From a virus (lineage: Duplodnaviria > Caudoviricetes), in IMG/VR virus record IMGVR_UViG_3300049141_000036, positions 1 through 25,786 of that record: a stretch of 25,786 nucleotides of DNA. One strand, written 5' to 3'. Made by a program: the position numbers and the translations under genes. The notes beneath the pieces were generated by a model. It was not told the DNA's origin. It saw only the letters and a program-made list of their open reading frames with translations, and searched no databases. Positions 10,574-19,794 of the stretch are shown here, one piece after another; the first letter of the stretch is position 1, and the number at the start of each line of letters is the position of its first letter.

Positions 10574-10918
10574 CTACTCGGGCTGCTCAGCCGCAGCGGC
10601 GGCCGACGGGTACGGGTCGACGGGCGGCTCCGGGTCCGGCTCCGCAGGCACCGTCTCCAGCGTCGAGCCGGGGATCTGCGCGGCGAGCGACTCATCAACC
10701 GGGCCGGCGTCCTGCGGGGGGATGATCTGGTCGACGATCCACCACGTGCGGCCCGGCATGCCGGGGGTGTCGTAGACGATGACCGCCCCGGAGCTGACGA
10801 TCATCGCGACGTCCGGCGGGATCCGCAGGACCGTGTCCCCCGGGGTGGGCGGCCACGCCGTGCCGAGGTAGGCGACGACGTGCTCGCGCTGGAGGGAGAT
10901 CCAGTAGATCGTGCTCAT
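10574..10918 (-). CDS. Hypothetical protein in the head-tail region
   Basis: 114 aa with an ATGA overlap to the upstream gene and an acidic Pro-rich tail. Confidence 0.7.
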   Translation of the reverse strand: MSTIYWISLQREHVVAYLGTAWPPTPGDTVLRIPPDVAMIVSSGAVIVYDTPGMPGRTWWIVDQIIPPQDAGPVDESLAAQIPGSTLETVPAEPDPEPPVDPYPSAAAAAEQPE

Positions 10919-11364
10919 GCGGGGGTCACCTCGGCGGGCAGGAGCTCACGGCGGAGCTCGACGGTGATGGAGTGCCGGACCTTGTTGTCGGCGATGGGGA
11001 TGCGGTCGATGTCCTGAACCCGCACGGCGTGCACGCGGGCCGGGTGAGCGGGCAGCGGCCGGCCGTGGAGCGCGTGCGCGATGGCCTCGGCCAGCCCGTA
11101 CCGCTCGGCGTTGCGGGTGCCGGTGCCGACCTTGACGCGGGCGAGCTGCACAAGGTCGACGGTGGCCACCTCGGTGATGACGAGGGACGCGCCCGGGTCG
11201 CCGAAGTCGCCGTTGCCGCGGCCGTCCATGCCGACGCTCACTGCCTCCTGGACGACGATGTACGGCTCGGCCTGCCCCGGGCGGGGCCCGTCGCGGAACA
11301 CCGGCACACCGAACGACAGAGATTCGAGGCGGGCCTTGATGGCGCCCGCGGTGGTCGCGGCCAT
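10915..11364 (-). CDS. Putative tail terminator
   Basis: TGATG coupling. PYIVV motif and beta-rich pattern; located between the gp10-like gene and the major tail gene. Confidence 0.65.
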   Translation of the reverse strand: MAATTAGAIKARLESLSFGVPVFRDGPRPGQAEPYIVVQEAVSVGMDGRGNGDFGDPGASLVITEVATVDLVQLARVKVGTGTRNAERYGLAEAIAHALHGRPLPAHPARVHAVRVQDIDRIPIADNKVRHSITVELRRELLPAEVTPA

Positions 11365-11816
11365 CACCGCACCCGCCGTCCGGCACGCGCGAGCTCCTCG
11401 CGCAGCCACGTCTCAGCCATCGCGATGGCCGGCCGGAGGAACGGGTGAGGGGCGGTGCCCGGGTGGTCGACGTACGCCACCGGGTGCGCGGCGCCCGGCC
11501 AGTACAACGCCTGCTTGTTGCGGGGGTAGATGCGGTGGGGGGCCGTGCCGTACTCGACGTGCTCGGCGTAGGTGACGTTCGTGCCGACGGTGACGGTGTA
11601 GGCGCGGCCGTGGTCCTCGGCTCGGTGCACGATCGACGAGCGGAGCCGGCCGGTGTCCACCGGCGCCCTGCTCCGTGCCTCGTTCTGCACCCGGATGCCG
11701 GTGCGCCGCGCTGCCTGCTTGGACTCGTCGGACAGGCGGCCGACCCATCGGCGTAGGCCGCGCTCGAACTGGCGGGCGTCCATGCTGAACGATCCGGATA
11801 CGGCCACGTCAGACAC
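11364..11816 (-). CDS. HK97 gp10-family tail completion protein
   Basis: APVDTGRLRSSI, VGTNVTYAEHVEYGT and PHPFLRPA signature motifs. Confidence 0.9.
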   Translation of the reverse strand: MSDVAVSGSFSMDARQFERGLRRWVGRLSDESKQAARRTGIRVQNEARSRAPVDTGRLRSSIVHRAEDHGRAYTVTVGTNVTYAEHVEYGTAPHRIYPRNKQALYWPGAAHPVAYVDHPGTAPHPFLRPAIAMAETWLREELARAGRRVR

Positions 11817-12489
11817 CGCCGATCAGCGCGGGACGGTTGATGTAGCTGACGAGCAGGGCGTCAACCTGCGTCGATCCGGTCGACGCCGACGGGGCGACGG
11901 GCGTCGTCTCGTCGGCGTCGTTCTCGATGCGGACGTTGTTGCCCTCGTCGTCCACCTCGACCCCGCCACCGCCGGCCGCGGTGTCCGCGTCGGACGGTGC
12001 GGCGGCGGCCTGGAGGTGCGCGGCCAGCAGTGCGCACGCCTTGCCGACGAGGGCCGGCACCGCGGCGTATCCGAATTCCCCGGCGACCTTGACCTGTTCG
12101 GCACGCCACCGGTCCCACAGTCCGGCCCACCCGCCGTTGTACGACTCCGCACCGGCGACCAGATCGTCGTACCCGCCCCACGCGAGATGGACGGCGTCGA
12201 TCTGTCCGAGCACGTCAGACGACGTGACCCGGTACGCCGACGCAGGAAGCGACGGCCCGTCGTCACCGCTGACGACGGGCGTCACCGACGTGACGGAGCG
12301 GACGCGGCGCGGAAGGATGACCAGCCCATCCGCACCGACGTCCGCCACCACCACCAGGGGAGTGGGCTCGAAAAACTGCCACGTATAGAGAGTGATCCGC
12401 TCCGCGGCAGCGGCGATCCACGCGGCTACCTCGGCATCGGTGCCGGTGCAGCCCGCGTCCCTCGCCTCAGCCACGGAGCAGTACGCCAC
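11809..12489 (-). CDS. Head-to-tail adaptor
   Basis: MAYCSVAEAR...AAAERITLYTWQFF and GYAAVPALVGKACALLA; position after the capsid gene. Confidence 0.75.
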   Translation of the reverse strand: MAYCSVAEARDAGCTGTDAEVAAWIAAAAERITLYTWQFFEPTPLVVVADVGADGLVILPRRVRSVTSVTPVVSGDDGPSLPASAYRVTSSDVLGQIDAVHLAWGGYDDLVAGAESYNGGWAGLWDRWRAEQVKVAGEFGYAAVPALVGKACALLAAHLQAAAAPSDADTAAGGGGVEVDDEGNNVRIENDADETTPVAPSASTGSTQVDALLVSYINRPALIGGV

Positions 12490-12492
12490 GGG

Positions 12493-12798
12493 TCAGCCCT
12501 CGTCCTTGGCGTCGTCGCCCTGCTCGGCATCGGCGGCGTCCAGCTCACGCCGGACGCCCTCGGTGATGACCTGTCCCTTTGCGACGATCTGCCGGGCGTA
12601 CCCGCCCGGGTGGGCGTGGACCACCGGGCCGGTGGGCTCGCCGGTGCCCGCCGCGTCGAGCGCGCGGAACGCGTCCGACGGGGCGGTCTGCCCGACGTCC
12701 CACCCGGTGCCGGCGCCGTACTCCTGCGTCCGGACGGTCGCCGCCGGCCGCGTCTCGGCGGTCTGCTGCTCGGTGGGCTTGCTGTTGCGTGCGGCCAT
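12493..12798 (-). CDS. Hypothetical protein following the capsid gene
   Basis: GAGGAGG RBS, MAARNSKPTEQQ..., 101 aa. Confidence 0.7.
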   Translation of the reverse strand: MAARNSKPTEQQTAETRPAATVRTQEYGAGTGWDVGQTAPSDAFRALDAAGTGEPTGPVVHAHPGGYARQIVAKGQVITEGVRRELDAADAEQGDDAKDEG

Positions 12799-12842
12799 CG
12801 CTGGCCTCCTCACGGTGTCGTGTCGAGTGGGGCCGGAGCGGA

Positions 12843-14132
12843 TCAGGTGGCGGCGGCGAACGTCACCCGGACGAACGCCTGCGGGGTGTGCACAGCGACG
12901 TTCGCGCGGCGCTCGGCGAGGATGACGAGGGTGTTCGCGGTGAAGTAGTCCGCGTGCGAGTCGGTCATCAGGATCGTGATGCCCTGCCGCTCCCACAGGG
13001 TGGCGCCGGTGCGGAATCCGCCGAGGAGCGCCGTGCCCGCGGTCATGGCGACCGTGGTGACGACGGTCAGCCCCCACAGCCGCATCGGGGCGCCAGCGTC
13101 GGTCACGTTGGTGATGACGCGGAACTGTCCGTTCTGGTCCTGGTCCAGCTCGATGTCCTGCCAGTCCAACGGGTTCATCACCACGGCCGTCGGCGGGTAC
13201 AGCGCGAGCTCGCCCTGAGTCTTGGCCTTGCGGACCGTGATCAGCTTGGGGTCGGTGTTGCCCACCCCGGGCTGGTACGAGCCGATGCCGGGGGTGGTCA
13301 GGATCCCCTGCATCTCCGTGGTGCCGTTGCCTGTGAGGATCTGCCGATCCATCTTGTACTCAAGGCCATAGGTGAGGCGGCCGTTGATGTAGCCGACGAG
13401 CTGGCCGTTGTCGTCCGCGGCCTGCCTCGTGATGGGCACCCAGTGCGCGACCGTCTTGAGCGTCGTGGTGATCAGGTCAAAGCTGAACGGCCCACTCATG
13501 GGCTTGTCCGCGCCCTCGGCGACCACGGCCGCCTTGTTCCACGTCGACTGCGGGCCGGACGTGTCCCGCATGTACTCCAGCGTGGTGCCGTCCGACGTCT
13601 GCCGGTCGAGCAGCGACGCCACCAGCAGCGGGAAGTCCGGGTTCTGCGGGATGATCCCCGGTACCCGGGTGTTCTGCTGCGGCTGTGTGCCGGTGGTGAC
13701 CGTGCCGGCCGGGGCCGCGCGGTGCTCCACGGCGAACTTGCCCTGCTTGCCGTTGGCGCGGAAGTTTTCCAGTGCCTTCGAGCGGACGAACGCCTCGGCC
13801 GCGGTGACCGGGTGCGGGTTGCCGTTGTCGTCCGGCTGCATCCCCGGGGTGTGCCGCTGGCCGGGCTGCGGCTGCGGGTCGCCGGCAGGGAGCTGCGCGG
13901 AGCGCAGGGCCCGGAGGCGGGCGTCACGCTGCTGCGCCTGCTCGATCTGCGCGGTGATCTGGTCGGCGCGGGCGATGAGCTCGTCGACGTCGCCGTCGTA
14001 GTCCGGGTCGGCGAGGAGCCGCGCGACCTCGTCACGCTGCTCGATCAGGGTGGGGGCGCCGCCCTTGATGGGGTAGATCGGCCGTCCGTCGCGGCGGCGA
14101 CCGATGGGGCGTACGCGGGCGAAGTTGCTCAT
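12843..14132 (-). CDS. Major capsid protein, HK97 fold, with an N-terminal delta-like scaffold domain
   Basis: VAEGADKP, KTVAHWVPITRQAADD, ILTGNG, VVMNPLDW, RLWGLTVV and ILAERR motifs. Start placed at ATG 14132. Confidence 0.95.
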   Translation of the reverse strand: MSNFARVRPIGRRRDGRPIYPIKGGAPTLIEQRDEVARLLADPDYDGDVDELIARADQITAQIEQAQQRDARLRALRSAQLPAGDPQPQPGQRHTPGMQPDDNGNPHPVTAAEAFVRSKALENFRANGKQGKFAVEHRAAPAGTVTTGTQPQQNTRVPGIIPQNPDFPLLVASLLDRQTSDGTTLEYMRDTSGPQSTWNKAAVVAEGADKPMSGPFSFDLITTTLKTVAHWVPITRQAADDNGQLVGYINGRLTYGLEYKMDRQILTGNGTTEMQGILTTPGIGSYQPGVGNTDPKLITVRKAKTQGELALYPPTAVVMNPLDWQDIELDQDQNGQFRVITNVTDAGAPMRLWGLTVVTTVAMTAGTALLGGFRTGATLWERQGITILMTDSHADYFTANTLVILAERRANVAVHTPQAFVRVTFAAAT

Positions 14133-14276
14133 GCCCTCGTCCTTTCGGTCCGTGGACGGCGCGCAGCCGCCCAGATGTCTGGGTGTCTGCGGTCCGTCTT
14201 TCACGGCCGGTGGATCGCGCCCGGCGTGCACTGGGCTTTCACGTCCGGTCAGTGCGGCCCGGATGGGGCGAGGGTA
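14133..14276 (-). promoter_or_regulatory. Candidate promoter and structured 5' leader of the capsid gene
   Basis: TACCCT -10-like hexamer at 14276-14271, two ACCGG(A/C)CGTGAAAG copies and nested hairpins. Confidence 0.45.
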
Positions 14277-14456
14277 GATCGAAACGGCCACGCCGCGTGT
14301 GGGGGGTGTGCGCGACGGGTGTCTACCTGCGTCGTCTTCCCCCGCGGGCGCGGCGTGGCAGGGCCCGGAACGAGGAGCGGCGGGCCCATCGGCGGGCGAA
14401 CGGTTGGCGGGTGGCGAACGCCCACCGCCACTGGCGCCGGCTGCGGAAGCGGCCCA

Positions 14457-15089
14457 TCACGCGCCGCCGATCGTCATCAGCCGCAGCAGCGCCGCCCGCC
14501 GCTGCCGTTCCCGCATCCGCCGCGCCGCGGCCGCCTGCTGCTCCTGCTCGACCCGCTCGTCGAGGGTCGGAGCCTCCACCTCCTCGTAGAGGTCACCGAG
14601 CGCGCTTCTCACCGTCTTCAGCTTCGAGCCGGGCACCGCCGCCATACGCGCGGTGATCTGCGAGACCTCGACGAGCCGAGCGCCCTTGATGTTCGCGAGC
14701 ACCGCTTCCCGATCCTCGTCGCTCATCTCCGCGAGCTTTGACCAGTCGGGCAGGTCGGTCCGCACGAACCCGACGCTGAGCTCGGAGGCCGACCCGGACC
14801 GGGCCATCGTCCGTGCGTCCCGGCCCGCCGCGGTGTCGTCGTACCGGCCGCTGATGTAGAGCCCGTCGTCGCGTTCCTCGGCGGTGAATGTGCCGATGGG
14901 CTGGTAGGGCGAGTGCATGAACAGCAGCGCGTACGAGCCGCGCAGCCCCTTGCGGAACGCCCTGGGGTGGAACGTGGTGCCGTAGGAGTCGACGACGCCG
15001 TACCGGCACGCGAGGCCCTCGAACGTGCCGTCACCGCCGCCGTCGAGTCGCCAGTTGATCTCTTCCAGGGACCTGAACTCCAGCTCCAT
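14457..15089 (-). CDS. HK97-family prohead protease
   Basis: FEGLACRYGVVDSYG, LLFMH...PIG (catalytic His), LSVGF (catalytic Ser) and LVEVS. TGATG coupling. Confidence 0.92.
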   Translation of the reverse strand: MELEFRSLEEINWRLDGGGDGTFEGLACRYGVVDSYGTTFHPRAFRKGLRGSYALLFMHSPYQPIGTFTAEERDDGLYISGRYDDTAAGRDARTMARSGSASELSVGFVRTDLPDWSKLAEMSDEDREAVLANIKGARLVEVSQITARMAAVPGSKLKTVRSALGDLYEEVEAPTLDERVEQEQQAAAARRMRERQRRAALLRLMTIGGA

Positions 15090-15445
15090 CACTGGCCTCC
15101 TTTGGCCTGCTTGATCGCGTGCTCGGCGTACACCTCGGCGACGCCGTTCATGACGTCCCGGTGCGACGACGAGAGGTTCGGCGCGTACCGGTAGACGGCG
15201 CGCCCCTTGGTGTCGCGGCCGTCGTACTCGTAGACCACCTGGCCGCCGCCGAACGTCATCAGGCGCGGGAGCTCGCCGTCGGCGTCCGGCCGGACCGCGA
15301 TGTCCGCCTTGCCGTCGAACGGGCCGCGGCGCACCTCGGCGAACGGAACGCCCGGGGGGCAGTACGCGCCGCGGTACTGGGCGTGCCCGGCGGGCTGGAG
15401 GATGGCGGCAACCTCGCCGCGCAGAAGTGTCGCCACGCTACTCAC
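15089..15445 (-). CDS. Hypothetical protein
   Basis: 118 aa, overlapping both neighbours; GC3-rich frame. Confidence 0.7.
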   Translation of the reverse strand: MSSVATLLRGEVAAILQPAGHAQYRGAYCPPGVPFAEVRRGPFDGKADIAVRPDADGELPRLMTFGGGQVVYEYDGRDTKGRAVYRYAPNLSSSHRDVMNGVAEVYAEHAIKQAKGGQ

Positions 15446-15719
15446 CTCGGCCGATCATCTTGGGGTTCGCGTACTGATCCACAAAGTCCGTCTCATTGCT
15501 GGCCAGGTCGACGGCGGCGCGAACGAAGCAATCCTTCGCCTCCAGCAGCTTCCGCAGACCAGCGGTCAGCTCGGGCCCGTCCGGCAAGGTCGCGATCATC
15601 TTGTGGGCGAGGTCCCCGCACACGGCGCTGACCTCCTGGAGGTGCTGCGGCAGGTGCGCGTACTCGAAGTACCTCGCGAGGTGCTGGATACCGGGGTGCC
15701 GCTGGCTGTAGTCGGTCAT
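15438..15719 (-). CDS. Small helical phage protein, candidate Acb2/Tad1-like hairpin fold
   Basis: GAGGAG RBS. FEYAHLPQHLQEVS...LPDGPELTAGLRKLLEAKDCFVRAA. The ORF is secure; the function is inference. Confidence 0.55.
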   Translation of the reverse strand: MTDYSQRHPGIQHLARYFEYAHLPQHLQEVSAVCGDLAHKMIATLPDGPELTAGLRKLLEAKDCFVRAAVDLASNETDFVDQYANPKMIGRGE

Positions 15720-15721
15720 GA

Positions 15722-18037
15722 TCAGGACTCCTCGTCGAAATGGAAGGTGAGTGCGCACCGGCACTGGATGGACTGGTTCGCCGGCGCCGCAGGGTCGGCC
15801 GGCCACCGTGACTCCGTGAGCGGGAACCGCTTGGTCATCGCCACCGTGGTCCCCTTGGCCGCGCGGTGCGTCGCCCGGGTGCGGGCGTCGTCCGTGGAGA
15901 GCCACGTCTTGCGCACCGCACCGGCGTCGAGGGCGGCCAACCAGGCGGAAGCGTTGTACCCGCCGACGGTCTCGGTGCGGGCGATCATCGTGGCCCGGTA
16001 GTCGCTGAGGTTCGTGAACACGCGCTGCAACCTGGCGCGGAGCTCGGGTATCGACTCGCCCTCAGCCACGCCGTGCGCGAGCACCTGCGACCGGATCACC
16101 TGCTCCGTCGTCGCGGTCACCTGCCCGGCGAGCTCCTCCACCCGGTCCCGCAGGGCGCGGGCGACGTCCGGCTCGTCGAGGTCGAACGACCCGGTGATGC
16201 TCACGCCGCCGCGGCGCCACACCCGCTCGACGAACGGCCGCATGATCTCGCCCGTGCGGCGACGCCAGTACCGGCCGTCGAACAGGTCCCGCAGCGCGAT
16301 GCGCTCCTCCCACCCGTCCGGGCCCGTCGCGACGTCCATGTCCGTGGCGCGGGCCGCGGGCACGGTGTCGAGGTCCGGCGGCGCGAGGGTGAGCGCCTGC
16401 TCGCGGGCCAGCGCGCACGCCTGCGCCCGCACCTCGGCCAGCCATTCCGTGGAGCGCTGCGGCTTCTTCATCAGCCGATCGAAGTCGCGGAGCACCCGTT
16501 CGCGCTGCTCCCGTGCCAGCGTCCGCACCGCGCGGCGGCCGACCTCCTCCAGCTCGTCGTACGCCTCGTTGATCTCCGTAAGCGACGGCGATGACGGGAC
16601 GTCGTCGGCACGCGTCAGCTCCCGACGGGCGGGCGCCGGACGGGCGTCAACCTGCGGCGGGACGCCCCCGAGCAACCGCGTGAGCGCAGCCTCGACGGCC
16701 CGCTCGACGACGGGCCCGACGTCCGTCGGCGACGGCTGGAGACGGGACCAATCCACGTCCCATGACCGCGCCTCGTCCGTGCCGGCCGCGCCCTGAACGG
16801 GGGCGAACTGGGCGCGGTACGGGGTGAGGGTGTGGGCACCGAGCCCGTTGGGCAACGGATCCAGGCCGAGCACGGCGCGTGCCTCGTCCACGGTGGTGAT
16901 GTCCGCGTACATGCTGGCGCGGGCCCGGTTGGCTTTCGAGTCCTCCGCTTCCTGGAGTGCGTCGACACCGGACAGGTCGAACTCGGCCTCTTCGCCGTCG
17001 GACGGGAGGAGCAGCCGGTCGACATCGGACGCGATGATCTCCAGCTTGGGTTTGATCGTGTCCGACCAGAGGGTCGCTTTGGCGGCGGCGCGGTTCTCGT
17101 ACGTCGTGCCGGCGGCGAGGTAGTCGTGAGGCACACCGAACGCCATCATCACTTCGGCGGCGTTCGCCATGCGCGATTCGAGGTAGTCCATTTCCTCGGC
17201 GGTCAGCCCTACACGGGCGTACGACACGGGCGTGCCACCGCCGGGCGGCGACGCAACGAGCAGGTTCTTACCGGCGTTCGCCGGGCCCTGGATCTGCGAC
17301 CGCCAGGCCGCGCGGGCGGCGGCGAACTGCGTCTCGTCCATCTGCCCGAGGTAAACGACGCCCGTCGGCGACGCCCCGTTCGCATAGCTGGAGCGCTGCC
17401 ACTCACGCGCATACGCGTCCATGTCGACGGCGTGCCGCGCCGCCTTCCACGGGGCCAGGCACCCGAGCGGATCGAACGGGTGCGGATACCTCAACCAGAG
17501 CATCTCTTCCGGCAGTACCGGGACCTGCTGCCCGTCCGCCCGCCGGATCATGAACCCGAGCAGGTCGGCCGTCGTGGGCCGCTGCGCGAGGGGCTTGGAC
17601 ACGATGACGTCCACCTGATCGAACACGATGTGCGCTTCGCCCACGGGCCCGAGCCCGGTCTCTCCCCGGTCCAGCCACACGAAGCTCTGCCCGGCGAGCT
17701 CGCCTTGCTGGAGGATCAGCGACTTGAACACCCGCGCACTCATCAACGGGTTGGGCCGCTTGTTGAAGAGCTGCGCGATCTCGTGTCCCTCGATCACCGA
17801 CCCGTCCGGCCGGCGCACCACCAGCGGCACGCTGCTGCCGTTGTCGGCGATGGCGGCCACGCACCGGTACGCAACCGCGCTGTTCGCGTAGCCGCGGGCC
17901 TCCGCGTCGAGGTCGATCGTGAGGGACTGCTGACCGCCGATGGACGCCACGGTGATCGGGCGCCGCTCCCGCAGCGTGTCCAGCCCTACGGCGCGCCGGC
18001 CGAACAGCGCGTCGGCTACGTCTCGGAATCGTCCCAC
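15722..18037 (-). CDS. Portal protein fused to a MuF-like minor head domain
   Basis: N-terminal ~400 aa have HK97-portal motifs (AVAYRCV, PNPLMS, NGASPTG, AFGVP, TVDEAR). The C-terminus has RATMIARTET, KTWLSTDDARTRATH and IQCRC MuF motifs. Confidence 0.92.
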   Translation of the reverse strand: MGRFRDVADALFGRRAVGLDTLRERRPITVASIGGQQSLTIDLDAEARGYANSAVAYRCVAAIADNGSSVPLVVRRPDGSVIEGHEIAQLFNKRPNPLMSARVFKSLILQQGELAGQSFVWLDRGETGLGPVGEAHIVFDQVDVIVSKPLAQRPTTADLLGFMIRRADGQQVPVLPEEMLWLRYPHPFDPLGCLAPWKAARHAVDMDAYAREWQRSSYANGASPTGVVYLGQMDETQFAAARAAWRSQIQGPANAGKNLLVASPPGGGTPVSYARVGLTAEEMDYLESRMANAAEVMMAFGVPHDYLAAGTTYENRAAAKATLWSDTIKPKLEIIASDVDRLLLPSDGEEAEFDLSGVDALQEAEDSKANRARASMYADITTVDEARAVLGLDPLPNGLGAHTLTPYRAQFAPVQGAAGTDEARSWDVDWSRLQPSPTDVGPVVERAVEAALTRLLGGVPPQVDARPAPARRELTRADDVPSSPSLTEINEAYDELEEVGRRAVRTLAREQRERVLRDFDRLMKKPQRSTEWLAEVRAQACALAREQALTLAPPDLDTVPAARATDMDVATGPDGWEERIALRDLFDGRYWRRRTGEIMRPFVERVWRRGGVSITGSFDLDEPDVARALRDRVEELAGQVTATTEQVIRSQVLAHGVAEGESIPELRARLQRVFTNLSDYRATMIARTETVGGYNASAWLAALDAGAVRKTWLSTDDARTRATHRAAKGTTVAMTKRFPLTESRWPADPAAPANQSIQCRCALTFHFDEES

Positions 18038-18045
18038 GTGTCCTC

Positions 18046-19389
18046 CTACGCGACCGCGGCCAGGTTGCCCGCGGGGGCGAGCATCAGATCAGTGAGGGCC
18101 CACACGTACGCGTCCAGCCGGTCCGGGGAAGCGTCGCCCGGTACCCACGTAGCGAGCTGCTCTTCGAGCTCGGGCAGACTGGCGACGATGTGGGCGGAGC
18201 GCTGCTCGGTGAGGGCGGCGACCGGCTCGGCGCGGGTCGCCTTGCCGCGCGAAGCATGAACGGTCCGGTAGTTCACGGTCGGGTCGATCTGCCGGATCAC
18301 GGCGCCGATCCACTCACCGCCGTTGTTGACCTCCGCGACGATCGCGTCCGCCCCGTGCTTGTGGTACGCGCGGATCGCGCGGCGCGCGGCCTCGACCGGC
18401 GGCATGCGGCCGGACAGGTCATCGAGCACGTACCCGTGCCGCCTGCTGAACCCGTTCTTGTCGGGCAGGTACGCAGCGCCGAGCCCGGCCACCACGATGC
18501 CCATTTCGTCCGACTCATCACCCGACGTGGCCGCCGGGTCCATGGCGACCACCACGCGGGCCATGGCCGGGGCCGCACCGACCCGCGCGGCGTCCAGCCC
18601 GTCGAGCGACCAGAGCGCGCCCTCGATGTCGGTGAGGAGCTCCCCGTCGAGCTCCTGCCGCTCCAGCCGGGTGCCGGCGTACTTCTGGATCAGGAAGTCC
18701 CGGGTGGCTTGCGGCAGGTGGATAGCGTCCCGGGTCCGCCCGCGGGTGACGATGACGTCCGCGCGCTCCCGCAGCGCCTTGAGTTCCTTGCGTGGCTTGG
18801 GCGTCGTCGAGGCGATGTAGTGCGGGGTGGGCCCGATGCGCAGACCCATTTCGCTGTGGGTGATCGCCTCGCTCAGCCGGCGCATGGCTGCGGCCTCCTC
18901 CATCCAGACCAGGCAGCGGTTACCGCCGGCCCGGAGCCGCTCGGCGTCGTCCGGGGTGTGCGCCCCGAACAGCTTCGCCTCAGCGCCGTTCGGCCACCGG
19001 GCGAACGTGCCGCCCGAGGTGGTCCTGAGCACGACGCGCGGGTCGTGCGCCCTGAGCCCGGACGGGCCATTCACGCACGCCTCGACGGCGTCACCCTGCG
19101 TGGGGGCGATGATCGCCATGCGGTGACCGCCGCGGAGCCGCGGGTCACACGGGGGGCCGTTGACGTGCGCGACCATGTAGCGGGCGCAGCCGTCCGTCTT
19201 GCCGGTGCCGCGGCCTCCGAGCTGCAACCACCAGCCCATGGTGGGGATGTGGTCGGGCGGCACCTGCCACGGGTACGGCGTCCACTTGTTCCAGCGCTTC
19301 CGCCACAGCCGGGCGCGGAGCTCCTCCTCCAGCAGCTCCAGCTCGGCCGGTGACATGCCCTTGAGGCGCGCGTCGAGGTCCACGGTCAC
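18046..19389 (-). CDS. terL: Terminase large subunit
   Basis: Walker A GGRGTGKT, Walker B VWMEE, STTP coupling motif, nuclease VAMDPA and SPDRLDA. GTGA overlap at 19386-19389. Confidence 0.95.
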   Translation of the reverse strand: MTVDLDARLKGMSPAELELLEEELRARLWRKRWNKWTPYPWQVPPDHIPTMGWWLQLGGRGTGKTDGCARYMVAHVNGPPCDPRLRGGHRMAIIAPTQGDAVEACVNGPSGLRAHDPRVVLRTTSGGTFARWPNGAEAKLFGAHTPDDAERLRAGGNRCLVWMEEAAAMRRLSEAITHSEMGLRIGPTPHYIASTTPKPRKELKALRERADVIVTRGRTRDAIHLPQATRDFLIQKYAGTRLERQELDGELLTDIEGALWSLDGLDAARVGAAPAMARVVVAMDPAATSGDESDEMGIVVAGLGAAYLPDKNGFSRRHGYVLDDLSGRMPPVEAARRAIRAYHKHGADAIVAEVNNGGEWIGAVIRQIDPTVNYRTVHASRGKATRAEPVAALTEQRSAHIVASLPELEEQLATWVPGDASPDRLDAYVWALTDLMLAPAGNLAAVA

Positions 19390-19793
19390 AGCTCCGCGAG
19401 CTCCTCGGCGAGGGCCTTGATCCGGGCGGTCATCTCGTCGGTGACCGTCACCGACGCCTTGACGGGGGCGTACAGGCCGAGGAGTTTCGCCTCGTGGTCC
19501 ATGGCACGGATCATCGCGACGGCGGCCTGCGCATCCCCCGCCCGAACCTGCGGCATCAGCCCGTCGATGATCTCCCGGACGGTCGCGATCTGCTCGCCGA
19601 CGTACGCCCCGAACTCGGCGGCCGCTTCCTGGTGGAGCCGCTCCCTGCCGCGCTTCCACGCGGTGTGCGCTTCCTTGACGTCGCAGCCGAGCCGCTCGGC
19701 GATCTGCCGGAAGGTGAGCCGATCGCGGGTGCGCAGGCGTACGACGTCGTCCTCGCGCTGCCGCGCAATGTCCTCGTTCTGCTTTGTCGACAT
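19386..19793 (-). CDS. Putative terminase small subunit
   Basis: N-terminal HTH (LTFRQIAERLG) and AKLLGLYAP motif; coupled to terL; GGAGG RBS. Confidence 0.8.
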   Translation of the reverse strand: MSTKQNEDIARQREDDVVRLRTRDRLTFRQIAERLGCDVKEAHTAWKRGRERLHQEAAAEFGAYVGEQIATVREIIDGLMPQVRAGDAQAAVAMIRAMDHEAKLLGLYAPVKASVTVTDEMTARIKALAEELAEL

Positions 19794-19794
19794 G

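Noticed and set aside
14195-14255. Third hammerhead in the capsid leader (CUGA...GAAA)
   Set aside because: The sequence is CUGACCG, not CUGANGA, and the stems and cleavage triplet do not assemble.
12579-14741. 720-aa plus-strand ORF and other long antisense or alternate-frame ORFs (e.g. 16832-18259, 11653-12948, 1020-2006)
   Set aside because: Shadow ORFs expected at high GC; Arg/Pro-rich without motifs, and opposite well-supported genes.
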